Shown: piece after piece, positions 1 through 6,762 of the stretch
Layout of the letters: every line of letters begins with the position of its first letter
Numbering within the stretch: the first letter of the stretch is position 1
IMG/VR virus record: IMGVR_UViG_3300035544_000158
Location: 1 to 17,124 of that record
DNA from: a virus
Direction: 5' to 3' (one strand)
DNA: 17,124 nucleotides
Position numbers and translations under genes: made by a program
Notes under the pieces: model-generated
The model's input: the letters and a program-made list of their open reading frames with translations, nothing else
Databases searched by the model: none
What the model was told of the DNA's origin: nothing

Positions 1-127
1 TATCGATACCAGTTAGGATTGATAGCTGGTGCGGGGATAGCTGCTATAACTAAATCGGTGTTCAGTGCTGGTGATGCCAGGGAAACAGTAAATAAATTCA
101 ATGTTGTATTTGGTGAGGTGTCTGATC
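1..127. repeat. Terminal redundancy, copy 1 (identical to 16998-17124)
   Basis: Base-by-base comparison of the window start and end shows 127/127 identical. This length is typical of the overlap left on circular contigs by a k=127 de Bruijn assembler. Confidence 0.95.
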
Positions 128-2289
128 AGACGAAAGATTGGGCTGATAAATATTCAAATCAGATTGGGCGTTCAAAATATGCGACAATGGACTGGCTCAA
201 CAGCTTTCAAGATGTTCTGGTACCAATGGGACTTGCCAGAGATGAAGCAGCTGCACTTTCCAAAGATATGGTTACTTTAGCAGCTGACTTAGGTTCCTTC
301 AACAATGTTGGTACAGCAGAAGCGGCCAGAGGAATGCAGTCAGCTTTAGTTGGAAACCACGAAGCGGTTAGAATGTTAGGTGCTCAGCTCAATGAAGAGA
401 ATCTTAATGCTAGAGCTGCAGCAATGGGTTTTAAGGAAAACTTTGCTCAACTAGACAGCTTATCGAAAATGCAAATTAGATACCAAGAAATAATTGCTCA
501 ATCTCAAGATTCAATAGGCGATGCAACAAGGACTGCAATGGAATGGAATAATCAGGTTCAGAGATTCAAGGGAACTATTCGAGATGTTTCAATCGCAATG
601 GGTTTTAATTTCATACCGAGATTTACAGAGGGACTAATAGTAGTTAATGATTTTTTAGATAGAATAGAACAGAGCGAGAAGCTTACGGCAGCAGCTAGAT
701 TCTTTACTATCGGTGTTGCAATTACAGGAATAGCTGCAGCAATCGGAATGGTGAGCTCTGCGTGGCCTATGATAGGGGCAATATTCAGCATTCAGGGTTT
801 TGCTATAGCTGGTGCAGTAACAGGCCTAGTTCTATTGCTGGAAGACTTGTGGGTTGGTCTTAACGGAGGTGAAGCAGTATTAAATCCACTGATAGACTTC
901 ACCAAAGAATATAAAAATGAGGTATTGGCTGTAGCTGGAGTAATAACGGCATTTTTTGCACCTGCAATATATTCTACAGCAATGCCAGCAGTCGGAGCGT
1001 TCGCTACAAGTTTATTTGTAAAGGGTAAAATAGCCTTAACCTCCTTTGCAAGTGGAATTTGGACTGCTATAACGGCCTCATTCGCTTTTTGGAAGGCTTT
1101 AATTACTAAAGCTGTTGTTGGTGTGGCAAGTTTTGCTACTTCGGTAGCTGGGGCTGCCTGGACTGCAGCAACTACCTTTGTTGGAGCAATAGGTTCAGCG
1201 ATTACGGCAACATTATCATTTACAGCTGCACTGTTGGCTAACCCTATAACTTGGGTAGTGATAGGGATTGCTGCTTTAGGTGCTGCACTCTATACTTTGT
1301 ATAAAAATTGGGATACAGTGAGTGAATTTCTAACCAATACCTGGAATTCGTTTATTGATACTCTTTCAGCTGGTGTCAGCTGGATAAAAGAGAAATTTAT
1401 TAACCTGCTGCCTGATGTTGACATGCCGAGCCTACCAGATATAGCTGCTGGAATAAAGAATAAATTTAATGAGGCTGTTCAATGGATAAAAGAGAATCCG
1501 CTGACAGTAGTTAGATTCTTAGTTCCTGCAGTCAATCTCCCAGATATAATAAATAAGATTTACGAGGCTGGAAGGCAATTCATAAAGGACAAAACAGGGT
1601 TAGAACTGCCTGCCTTAAAACTACCTACACTGCCTGATTTGGTGGGAGCAGTCAAAGGGGTTTGGAATAAGGGTAAAGAGTTTGTGGCTGGCCTGAATCC
1701 TTTTAAATTTCCTGATATACCTGATTTACCTGATCCAATAGCAAAGATTGATGAGTGGTCAGCTAGAATAAAAAGTAAATTAAGCAATATAGATTTTGGA
1801 TCTGCTTTAAAGACTGCTATTGAAAATGCTATGGATAAACTGCCAGGCTGGATGCAGGGAATGGCTAAGAAAGTAATGGACTATCTGCCTCAATCACCCG
1901 CGAAAGTGGGACCATTGAGCCAGTTAGACAGGGTAGGACCAGGACTCACTCAAACCATTGGAAAAGGTGTCGATAAGTCCAGAGAGCAAGTTACTGGACC
2001 ATTAAGCAGCATGTGGAATGAGTCAATGATTGCTGAGCCTAAAACTATTGTTAAAGATTATAACCCGATGACAGGTATATCTGACAGTGGTTTTGGAAAT
2101 AGTAAGTCTGTAACCACGAATAATTATAATAACAGCAATTCTCAGCAGCAAAGGTCAGTGAAAAAAGTGGATAAGATTGAAATTATTGTTCAGGACTCTG
2201 GGGATAGCAAGCAGACTGCTATTGATGTCAGAAAAGAAATTGAAAAATATTTTGACGGAGAGGCCACGGCATCTTTAGCCAGTAGTTAA
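1..2289 (+). CDS. Phage tail tape measure protein (TP901-type core), 3' portion; continuous with 16767..17124 across the junction (839 aa in total)
   Basis: The frame is open from base 1 and matches the frame of the ATG at 16767. FGEVSDQTKDWADKYSNQIGRSKYATMDWLNSFQDVLVPMGL...ALVGNHEAVRMLGAQL resembles the conserved N-terminal core of TP901-family tape measures. There is a ~200-aa Ala/Gly/Ile-rich multi-helix hydrophobic centre, the size fits, and a strong terminator follows. Confidence 0.75.
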   Translation, partial: YRYQLGLIAGAGIAAITKSVFSAGDARETVNKFNVVFGEVSDQTKDWADKYSNQIGRSKYATMDWLNSFQDVLVPMGLARDEAAALSKDMVTLAADLGSFNNVGTAEAARGMQSALVGNHEAVRMLGAQLNEENLNARAAAMGFKENFAQLDSLSKMQIRYQEIIAQSQDSIGDATRTAMEWNNQVQRFKGTIRDVSIAMGFNFIPRFTEGLIVVNDFLDRIEQSEKLTAAARFFTIGVAITGIAAAIGMVSSAWPMIGAIFSIQGFAIAGAVTGLVLLLEDLWVGLNGGEAVLNPLIDFTKEYKNEVLAVAGVITAFFAPAIYSTAMPAVGAFATSLFVKGKIALTSFASGIWTAITASFAFWKALITKAVVGVASFATSVAGAAWTAATTFVGAIGSAITATLSFTAALLANPITWVVIGIAALGAALYTLYKNWDTVSEFLTNTWNSFIDTLSAGVSWIKEKFINLLPDVDMPSLPDIAAGIKNKFNEAVQWIKENPLTVVRFLVPAVNLPDIINKIYEAGRQFIKDKTGLELPALKLPTLPDLVGAVKGVWNKGKEFVAGLNPFKFPDIPDLPDPIAKIDEWSARIKSKLSNIDFGSALKTAIENAMDKLPGWMQGMAKKVMDYLPQSPAKVGPLSQLDRVGPGLTQTIGKGVDKSREQVTGPLSSMWNESMIAEPKTIVKDYNPMTGISDSGFGNSKSVTTNNYNNSNSQQQRSVKKVDKIEIIVQDSGDSKQTAIDVRKEIEKYFDGEATASLASS

Positions 2290-2300
2290 AAGAAAATCGC

Positions 2301-2323
2301 GAGGGGAGAAATCCCCTCTTTTT
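2301..2323 (+). terminator. Rho-independent terminator after the tape measure gene
   Basis: GAGGGGA-gaaa-TCCCCTC perfect 7-bp GC-rich stem followed by TTTTT, 12 nt after the stop codon. Confidence 0.85.
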
Positions 2324-2367
2324 ACTGATAGATAGCATAAATCTTAAATAAAAAGAGATGTGATTAT

Positions 2368-2841
2368 ATGCAGGAGGAACTGACAAATCATGCAGATGTG
2401 GCTGACCATTTAAAATGCTATTTTAGTGGTGAGTTGGAAAAATCAATTAGACGGCTTAAGAGGCTGGTTGAAAGGGAATTCCCTGAGGACTATTATTGCA
2501 CGGTAAACGCTGTTAATCTGACACCTGGGAGGTCAAGTAATAGCACTGGTCATGCTGATTTTACGGCTTCAAGGGCAATTCATTTGGCTGATATTAGATT
2601 AACCAGGAAAAGAATTTATAAAAAGCATGTTGAACTGAGAGAAGGTATTAAAAAACAGCTGGAAAAGTATGATCAGGAAGTCATTGACCTATTAAAAGCC
2701 GATTTAGGACTTATTCAGGCCACTAAAACAGAGATAGTGAGTGCAGCAAGTTTTGGTTACAGCAAATCAAGAGTGATATTAAGTCAGGTTTTAAAAGAAT
2801 TAAGCACTGTAATTAGGAGGATTTTTGATGAATGCGATTGA
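2368..2841 (+). CDS. ArpU-like phage transcriptional regulator (putative late activator)
   Basis: 157 aa. The C-terminal segment EVIDLLKADLGLIQATKTEIVSAASFGYSKSRVILSQVLKEL has the sigma-region-4/ArpU-type layout (xxIxxLxY... GYSxxxV). Size and overall layout match ArpU-family proteins. Recognised by eye only. Confidence 0.4.
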   Translation: MQEELTNHADVADHLKCYFSGELEKSIRRLKRLVEREFPEDYYCTVNAVNLTPGRSSNSTGHADFTASRAIHLADIRLTRKRIYKKHVELREGIKKQLEKYDQEVIDLLKADLGLIQATKTEIVSAASFGYSKSRVILSQVLKELSTVIRRIFDECD

Positions 2842-3106
2842 AATCTTAGAAAATTACACAGATTTAAAGACAAAAAAAGAGCTTTTAGAATGCCAGGGGA
2901 AAGATAATTCAGAGCTGGAGGCTCAAATTAAATCTTATAACATAATTAAAAATTCATTATCTGAGAGAAAACAGAAAGTTTTGGAGCTGTATTTTGAGAA
3001 AGAGCACGAATATTATCGAATAGCAAGTGAAATTGGTTATAGTGTCAGCACTGTAAAAAGGGATATTAACGCAATCAAGTCAGAATTCAAGAAATATTTG
3101 GACTGA
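2828..3106 (+). CDS. Sigma-70 region-4-like HTH protein (RinA/ArpU/DUF1492-type small regulator)
   Basis: AGGAGG at 2815-2820 lies 7 nt before ATG 2828; the track start at 2825 is a TTG one codon upstream. LSERKQKVLELYFEKEHEYYRIASEIGYSVSTVKRDINAIKSEF is a classic region-4 type HTH. Confidence 0.5.
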   Translation: MNAIEILENYTDLKTKKELLECQGKDNSELEAQIKSYNIIKNSLSERKQKVLELYFEKEHEYYRIASEIGYSVSTVKRDINAIKSEFKKYLD

Positions 3107-3276
3107 GAGAGGTCAGAGAAATAAAAAGTATGTAGATTTACCCATCTTAGAAAAACTTTTGCCTTGTAGAGCCTCTGTAATAGCAGAGAATAACAGGCAT
3201 TAAAGCATTTTAAGCATAGGGTGTTATATTGCCCTTTAAAATAAATATGGTCATAATAATAACTACCCTCTTACTG

Positions 3277-3302
3277 GTGTCCGAATAAAAATCGGGCACT
3301 TT
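3277..3302 (+). terminator. Possible weak terminator
   Basis: GTGTCCGA-ataaaaa-TCGGGCAC, an 8-bp stem with one G-U pair, followed by only TTT. Confidence 0.35.
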
Positions 3303-3372
3303 ACTTGTTTATGAAGGAATTACAGGTATTATTGACTAATAATAAGCATAAGAAGTAAAAGGAGGGTTAAAA

Positions 3373-3822
3373 ATGGAAGAATTAACTATCAAGGCAGCTG
3401 CTGAATACTATGGAAAAAGTGAGTCCTGGATAAGAAAAAGAATACTTTCAGGCGAATTGGAGGCAGAAAAAAGACCTTTTCAGTATGGAGAAAGATGGAT
3501 CACAACAGAAAAAGCACTGGACGATCTAGCAGAGAGACTGAATGAGCAGGCAAAAATGCAAAAAGACTCAGTGAACATCAGAGAAGTTTCAAAGCCAATA
3601 GGAAAAGAGCAATTTATCAATGAACTTATTGAGGCCACTGAGTCGAAAAATAAAGAAATGATAGATGATGCAGTTAATAAAGTAAGTGAGCAGTTTAAGC
3701 AGCAAAACAAACAGCTGCAGCAACAAAACGAGTTGATCAATAAACTATATGAGAAATTGGACCGAGTGGAGAAAAAGCAGGATAGAAGTTTAATCGACAA
3801 AATAAAACATTTTTTTAAGTGA
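3373..3822 (+). CDS. Excisionase/MerR-type HTH DNA-binding protein with C-terminal coiled coil
   Basis: AAGGAGGG SD. The N-terminus LTIKAAAEYYGKSESWIRKRILSGELEAEK...RWI is an HTH_17/Xis-like motif. The C-terminal half is Q/K/E-rich heptad-like sequence. Confidence 0.6.
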   Translation: MEELTIKAAAEYYGKSESWIRKRILSGELEAEKRPFQYGERWITTEKALDDLAERLNEQAKMQKDSVNIREVSKPIGKEQFINELIEATESKNKEMIDDAVNKVSEQFKQQNKQLQQQNELINKLYEKLDRVEKKQDRSLIDKIKHFFK

Positions 3823-3871
3823 TTCGTTATTCTGGCCACAGATAGCGGTAGCTGATTAATAATTCTACCTG

Positions 3872-3905
3872 AGGCAGTAAAAAGTTAATCTAAACTTTTC
3901 TGCCT
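3872..3905 (+). other. Long hairpin 50 nt downstream of the 3373..3822 CDS (terminator-like, no U tract)
   Basis: AGGCAG-t-AAAAAGTT / AACTTTT-CTGCCT, about 13 bp with a small bulge, followed by atgctcatttta. Confidence 0.3.
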
Positions 3906-4229
3906 ATGCTCATTTTATAATTTTTAGCTGCAGGAAAGAATCGATTAATATTTACTTGAATTCTATTTCAGGGTGGAAAAATACTTTTCATTGTTATAAA
4001 TTAGAAATAGTTAGTAAAAAGAGGTTATTTAAGGTAAAATTAGGTTATAAAAAATAAACTAAAATCGGCTTAAAAGTGCTATGAACCTATGATATGAAAG
4101 GGATTACAGCACTTTTGCAATAATTTCGGAAAATGATTCTTTTACGAAGTTTTTTACTCTAAGTTACACAATAAGTATATATAATTACTTTAGAAGAAAC
4201 AAAGCGAAACAAAAAGTTTATAATATTAC

Positions 4230-4258
4230 TTGATATTACACAAAACTACTGATATAAT
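4230..4258 (+). promoter_or_regulatory. Strong sigma-A type promoter for the Xis-like gene
   Basis: TTGATA (4230-4235), 17-nt spacer, TATAAT (4253-4258), 30 nt upstream of ATG 4289. Confidence 0.75.
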
Positions 4259-4288
4259 GATTTTAAATTAAATATTGGAGGTGTAAAC

Positions 4289-4456
4289 ATGGAAGTTTTT
4301 TCAGCCGAGGAAGCAGCCGAAATTCTCAAAGTCAGTAAGAGAACTGTTTATAATGAAATAAAAAGAGGGAATTTAAAAGCGAAAAAAGTCGGCAATAGAT
4401 ACAGAATCCTTAAATCAGAGATTGAAAATTATATGAGAGATACTGAAAATAATTAA
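4289..4456 (+). CDS. Excisionase-family HTH protein (55 aa, below the ORF-track cutoff)
   Basis: GGAGG lies 7 nt upstream of the ATG. Translation is MEVFSAEEAAEILKVSKRTVYNEIKRGNLKAKKVGNRYRILKSEIENYMRDTENN. The xxEAAxxLxVSxxTVYxxIxxGxLxAxKxGxxxRI pattern is the canonical excisionase/HTH_17 signature. Confidence 0.85.
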   Translation: MEVFSAEEAAEILKVSKRTVYNEIKRGNLKAKKVGNRYRILKSEIENYMRDTENN

Positions 4457-4555
4457 TTTTTTAGATGTCTATAACATTATATTTTTGGCCAGCAAAATTA
4501 AATACTGACATTTCAAAAGAATAAATTGCACCTATATAGCCAAACAGGGTAAATA

Positions 4556-4591
4556 GGTAGATATTGAGCTCTACATGGTAGATATGGAGCT
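4556..4591. repeat. Two direct 15-nt repeats, 21 nt start to start (putative protein-binding sites)
   Basis: GGTAGATATTGAGCT (4556-4570) and GGTAGATATGGAGCT (4577-4591), 14/15 identical and two helical turns apart. Confidence 0.5.
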
Positions 4592-4859
4592 TGAAACCCC
4601 CTCCAGGTTGAATTTAAGATACCCTTTTTCTGTTTTAAAGGTACTCAAACATTAAATAAACCACTTATTTTTTTGTTCTGACAAATTTATAATCTGATTC
4701 TATTTCAAAACATAAATTTTAGGAGGCTGCTGGGCTGCTTTGCCCAGGAGAAAGAAGTGCAGCAGCCGAAAGACAAATAAAAGAATCGCCCAAACCCCAC
4801 CCGAAAATACTGGAAGTGAAATCGGGTTCACACTCAAAAAATAATTAAGGAGGATTAAG

Positions 4860-5294
4860 ATGAGCAGAAAAATCGGTCGAACTAAAGAAAACGAATTAAT
4901 AAAAGTTTATTCTGCAGCTGAAAAATATGTTGTTGATATTGATGAGGTAACTATCGGCCAGTTTGATACACCAGGAGAAGCCGAGGAAGTGGCAAAAGTC
5001 GAAATGCTAAGGAGCTACGGCCTTGATTATGAACAGGCCAGAGAAATTGTCGGCTCAAATATAATTATCAGCTATAACTTTCTGAAAGACTGGAAAGAAA
5101 AGACTGATCAGAAAGTTGAGATAGTCCAAGAGGGCAACAAGTGGGTAACTAAAATAAACGGTGCTCCCAGAGGTGAATCCGATACCAAAGAAGATGCTGA
5201 AAGAACTGCTGATTTTATTCTTGTATCAAAACAGCACCCAAAATGGACTGTGCAGCAGTGTTGGGATTATGTAGATCAGGAAAGAGGGAGCTGA
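4860..5294 (+). CDS. Hypothetical protein with two DUF2188/AP2-like repeats
   Basis: AAGGAGG SD 6 nt upstream. Two internal copies of a K(Y/W)Vxx(I)xGxxxGxxDTxxxAExxA pattern: EKYVVDIDEVTIGQFDTPGEAEEVAK and NKWVTKINGAPRGESDTKEDAERTAD. Confidence 0.7.
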   Translation: MSRKIGRTKENELIKVYSAAEKYVVDIDEVTIGQFDTPGEAEEVAKVEMLRSYGLDYEQAREIVGSNIIISYNFLKDWKEKTDQKVEIVQEGNKWVTKINGAPRGESDTKEDAERTADFILVSKQHPKWTVQQCWDYVDQERGS

Positions 5295-5308
5295 AAGGAG
5301 GTGAGAAT

Positions 5309-5638
5309 TTGCTGAAACAAACTTATTATTTACAGCTTTTAGTAACAGCTGTTGAAAATGTAGTTGATGCCTATGATATTGTCGAGGAGCCAGACTTTAA
5401 TAGTGATATACAGCGAGAAATTCAAAAAATCGCAATGAAAACTGGTGAATCAGTCTTATTTGAGACAGAAATTAATGCTGAACTAATGAGCCTGAATTAC
5501 AAGCTGGGTCATTTAAACAGAGTTGAGAGTATAATTAATGATATGAAAGAGGAAATTGAAGGGAAAAGGACCGAACTCATTGATGAGCTGAATCTTGACA
5601 TTGAAAAGGAGGTGAGAAATGCTAAGAATAAAAAGTAG
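5309..5638 (+). CDS. Hypothetical coiled-coil protein
   Basis: AAGGAGGTG (5296-5304) precedes an in-frame TTG at 5309. The track's ATG at 5243 has no SD and would overlap the previous gene by 52 nt. Confidence 0.6.
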   Translation: MLKQTYYLQLLVTAVENVVDAYDIVEEPDFNSDIQREIQKIAMKTGESVLFETEINAELMSLNYKLGHLNRVESIINDMKEEIEGKRTELIDELNLDIEKEVRNAKNKK

Positions 5639-5780
5639 AATTCATGACAGAAAAACTGGTGAGATAATTAGTGAGGAAATTACAGACGAAGTTCCAGACA
5701 TCACTTTAGAAGAACTCAATCGGCCACTGGCTGAAATAATCTATAACAGGATCAAGGAAAAGAGAAAAAATAAAAATTAA
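5619..5780 (+). CDS. Small hypothetical protein (53 aa, below the ORF-track cutoff)
   Basis: AAGGAGGTG SD ends 5 nt before ATG 5619. Translation is MLRIKSRIHDRKTGEIISEEITDEVPDITLEELNRPLAEIIYNRIKEKRKNKN. It fills the gap between neighbouring genes and overlaps the upstream gene's end by 20 nt. Confidence 0.55.
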   Translation: MLRIKSRIHDRKTGEIISEEITDEVPDITLEELNRPLAEIIYNRIKEKRKNKN

Positions 5781-5795
5781 AGGTGGGATTTTAAG

Positions 5796-5981
5796 TTGGA
5801 TATTATTGAAGTAGAAGAAGTGCCAAATTATGAAGCAATACTTTACAGAACTGATAAAGGACATAAATATTTAGCATTTAATGCAGATTTAGAAGATTCA
5901 AGAAAAGATGAGATTAAGGAAGAAGCTAGAGAACTTGAATATAAAGTTTGGTTTAACAAGAATATATTAAAAAACGACTAA
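5796..5981 (+). CDS. Small hypothetical protein (TTG start)
   Basis: AGGTGGG SD (5781-5787) lies 8 nt before TTG 5796. 61 aa, acidic. Confidence 0.55.
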   Translation: MDIIEVEEVPNYEAILYRTDKGHKYLAFNADLEDSRKDEIKEEARELEYKVWFNKNILKND

Positions 5982-6023
5982 ATATGACATAAAAAGACAT
6001 TAAACTAAAAGGAGAGATGTAAA

Positions 6024-6194
6024 ATGTTATTAATTCAATTCGCTGATCTGGAAGGTATTGAGGGATATTACACCAATCTAGGGCAGGAAAGATTAACTTT
6101 AGACAACAGCATTTCAGCTGAAAGAGCAATGAAAATAGTCAAAAAAATAGAAAAAGACAGACCAACTCATAGTCAGCCTGTCTGCTGTGCTTAA
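6024..6194 (+). CDS. Small hypothetical protein (56 aa, below the ORF-track cutoff)
   Basis: AAAGGAGAG SD about 9 nt before ATG 6024. Translation is MLLIQFADLEGIEGYYTNLGQERLTLDNSISAERAMKIVKKIEKDRPTHSQPVCCA. Confidence 0.5.
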   Translation: MLLIQFADLEGIEGYYTNLGQERLTLDNSISAERAMKIVKKIEKDRPTHSQPVCCA

Positions 6195-6289
6195 TACTGC
6201 AATTGTGATTTTAACACAACTCTTGGGCGAGTTTTGTGCAGTAAAAGCAACAATTTAAAACTTCTTTTAAACATTATATCACATTCAGA

Positions 6290-6316
6290 GCTCCAGTGTA
6301 AAAGCTGGGGCTTTTC
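6290..6316 (+). terminator. Rho-independent terminator closing the 4860-6194 gene string
   Basis: GCTCCAG-tgtaaaag-CTGGGGC, a 7-bp stem with one G-U pair, followed by TTTT. Confidence 0.6.
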
Positions 6317-6337
6317 AATATGCTGCAAAAAAATATT

Positions 6338-6365
6338 TTGTACAAAATTTTAGATATGATAAAAT
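6338..6365 (+). promoter_or_regulatory. Extended -10 promoter overlapped by a 14-nt perfect palindrome
   Basis: TTGTAC (6338-6343), 16-nt spacer, TGATAAAAT (TGn + TAAAAT at 6360-6365). The palindrome ATTTTGTACAAAAT (6335-6348) covers the -35. Confidence 0.55.
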
Positions 6366-6431
6366 AAGTTTAATATTTGACATTCAGGTTAAAACCTCCG
6401 ACACAACAACTATCTTAGGGAGGTGGAAAGC

Positions 6432-6695
6432 GTGAATCAGAAACAGATTAGAAATTTTTTGAGGAACAGGAAAGAGAAACTTCGAAGAAGAAAGCAGAAT
6501 TTTAACAGTGCAGTAGAATTATTTGAAATAGATATTTGCATTCTTGAAATAGAAAAAATATTATACTTTATGGACCATGGAATTAAACCAGAAATTGCCG
6601 AAGATGCCCGAGAAACAGCTATTGTCAATCAGTTTATTAAGAAAGATGATAAATCGATTGCTGAAATTGAAAAAATAAATAATAGCAGATCATAA
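6432..6695 (+). CDS. Hypothetical basic/coiled-coil protein
   Basis: GGGAGGTGG SD (6418-6426). The in-frame GTG at 6432 has better spacing than the track's GTG at 6423. It forms a monocistronic unit between two terminators. Confidence 0.6.
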   Translation: MNQKQIRNFLRNRKEKLRRRKQNFNSAVELFEIDICILEIEKILYFMDHGIKPEIAEDARETAIVNQFIKKDDKSIAEIEKINNSRS

Positions 6696-6702
6696 AAAAA
6701 CA

Positions 6703-6736
6703 CCCCAGCAGGACACTATGTCTGTTGGGGCTTTTG
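6703..6736. terminator. Bidirectional rho-independent terminator
   Basis: CCCCAGCAG-gacactatgt-CTGTTGGGG, a 9-bp stem with one G-U pair. It is flanked by AAAAAAA upstream and CTTTTGTATT downstream, so there is a U run in both orientations. Confidence 0.8.
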
Positions 6737-6762
6737 TATTGCATTAATTATGTGAATATTAT
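6734..6762 (+). promoter_or_regulatory. Putative plus-strand promoter firing antisense into the small minus-strand peptide gene
   Basis: TTGTAT (6734-6739), 17-nt spacer, TATTAT (6757-6762). The predicted start near 6769 lies inside the peptide ORF. Confidence 0.45.

Noticed and set aside
558-791. Minus-strand ORFs inside the tape measure gene (558..791, 1560..1787 and 16835..17098).
   Set aside because: They lie fully antisense within a long, motif-supported CDS, have no SD, and show the low-complexity composition typical of shadow ORFs.
3480-3839. 119-aa minus-strand ORF; the same issue applies to 6437..6628, 8081..8434, 13354..13902 and 16053..16310.
   Set aside because: Each is antisense to a better-supported plus-strand gene, or in the case of 16053..16310 runs across the A-box repeats. 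They are Cys/Ser/Phe/Leu-rich as expected from the reverse complement of Lys/Glu-rich genes, and none has an SD.
4600-4640. CCAGGTTGAATTT resembles a tRNA T-arm (GGTTCGAAT), hinting at a tRNA-derived att site.
   Set aside because: The match is only partial. There is no acceptor-stem complement or CCA context, and no integrase to use it.
4721-4780. AGGAGG at 4721-4726 as the SD of a missed small gene.
   Set aside because: No ATG/GTG/TTG lies within 4-12 nt (only CTG), and the sequence is better explained as part of a stem-loop.
5243-5308. The ORF-track starts at ATG 5243, at ATG 11385 for the XRE gene, and at GTG 14866.
   Set aside because: Each lacks an SD and creates a long overlap or N-terminal extension. 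Downstream in-frame starts (TTG 5309, GTG 11421, ATG 14875) have proper SD spacing.
6377-6382. Perfect TTGACA hexamer upstream of the 6432 gene.
   Set aside because: No acceptable -10 lies at 16-18 nt (GACACA/CGACAC). The TTGTAC-16-TGATAAAAT promoter at 6338-6365 is a better candidate.
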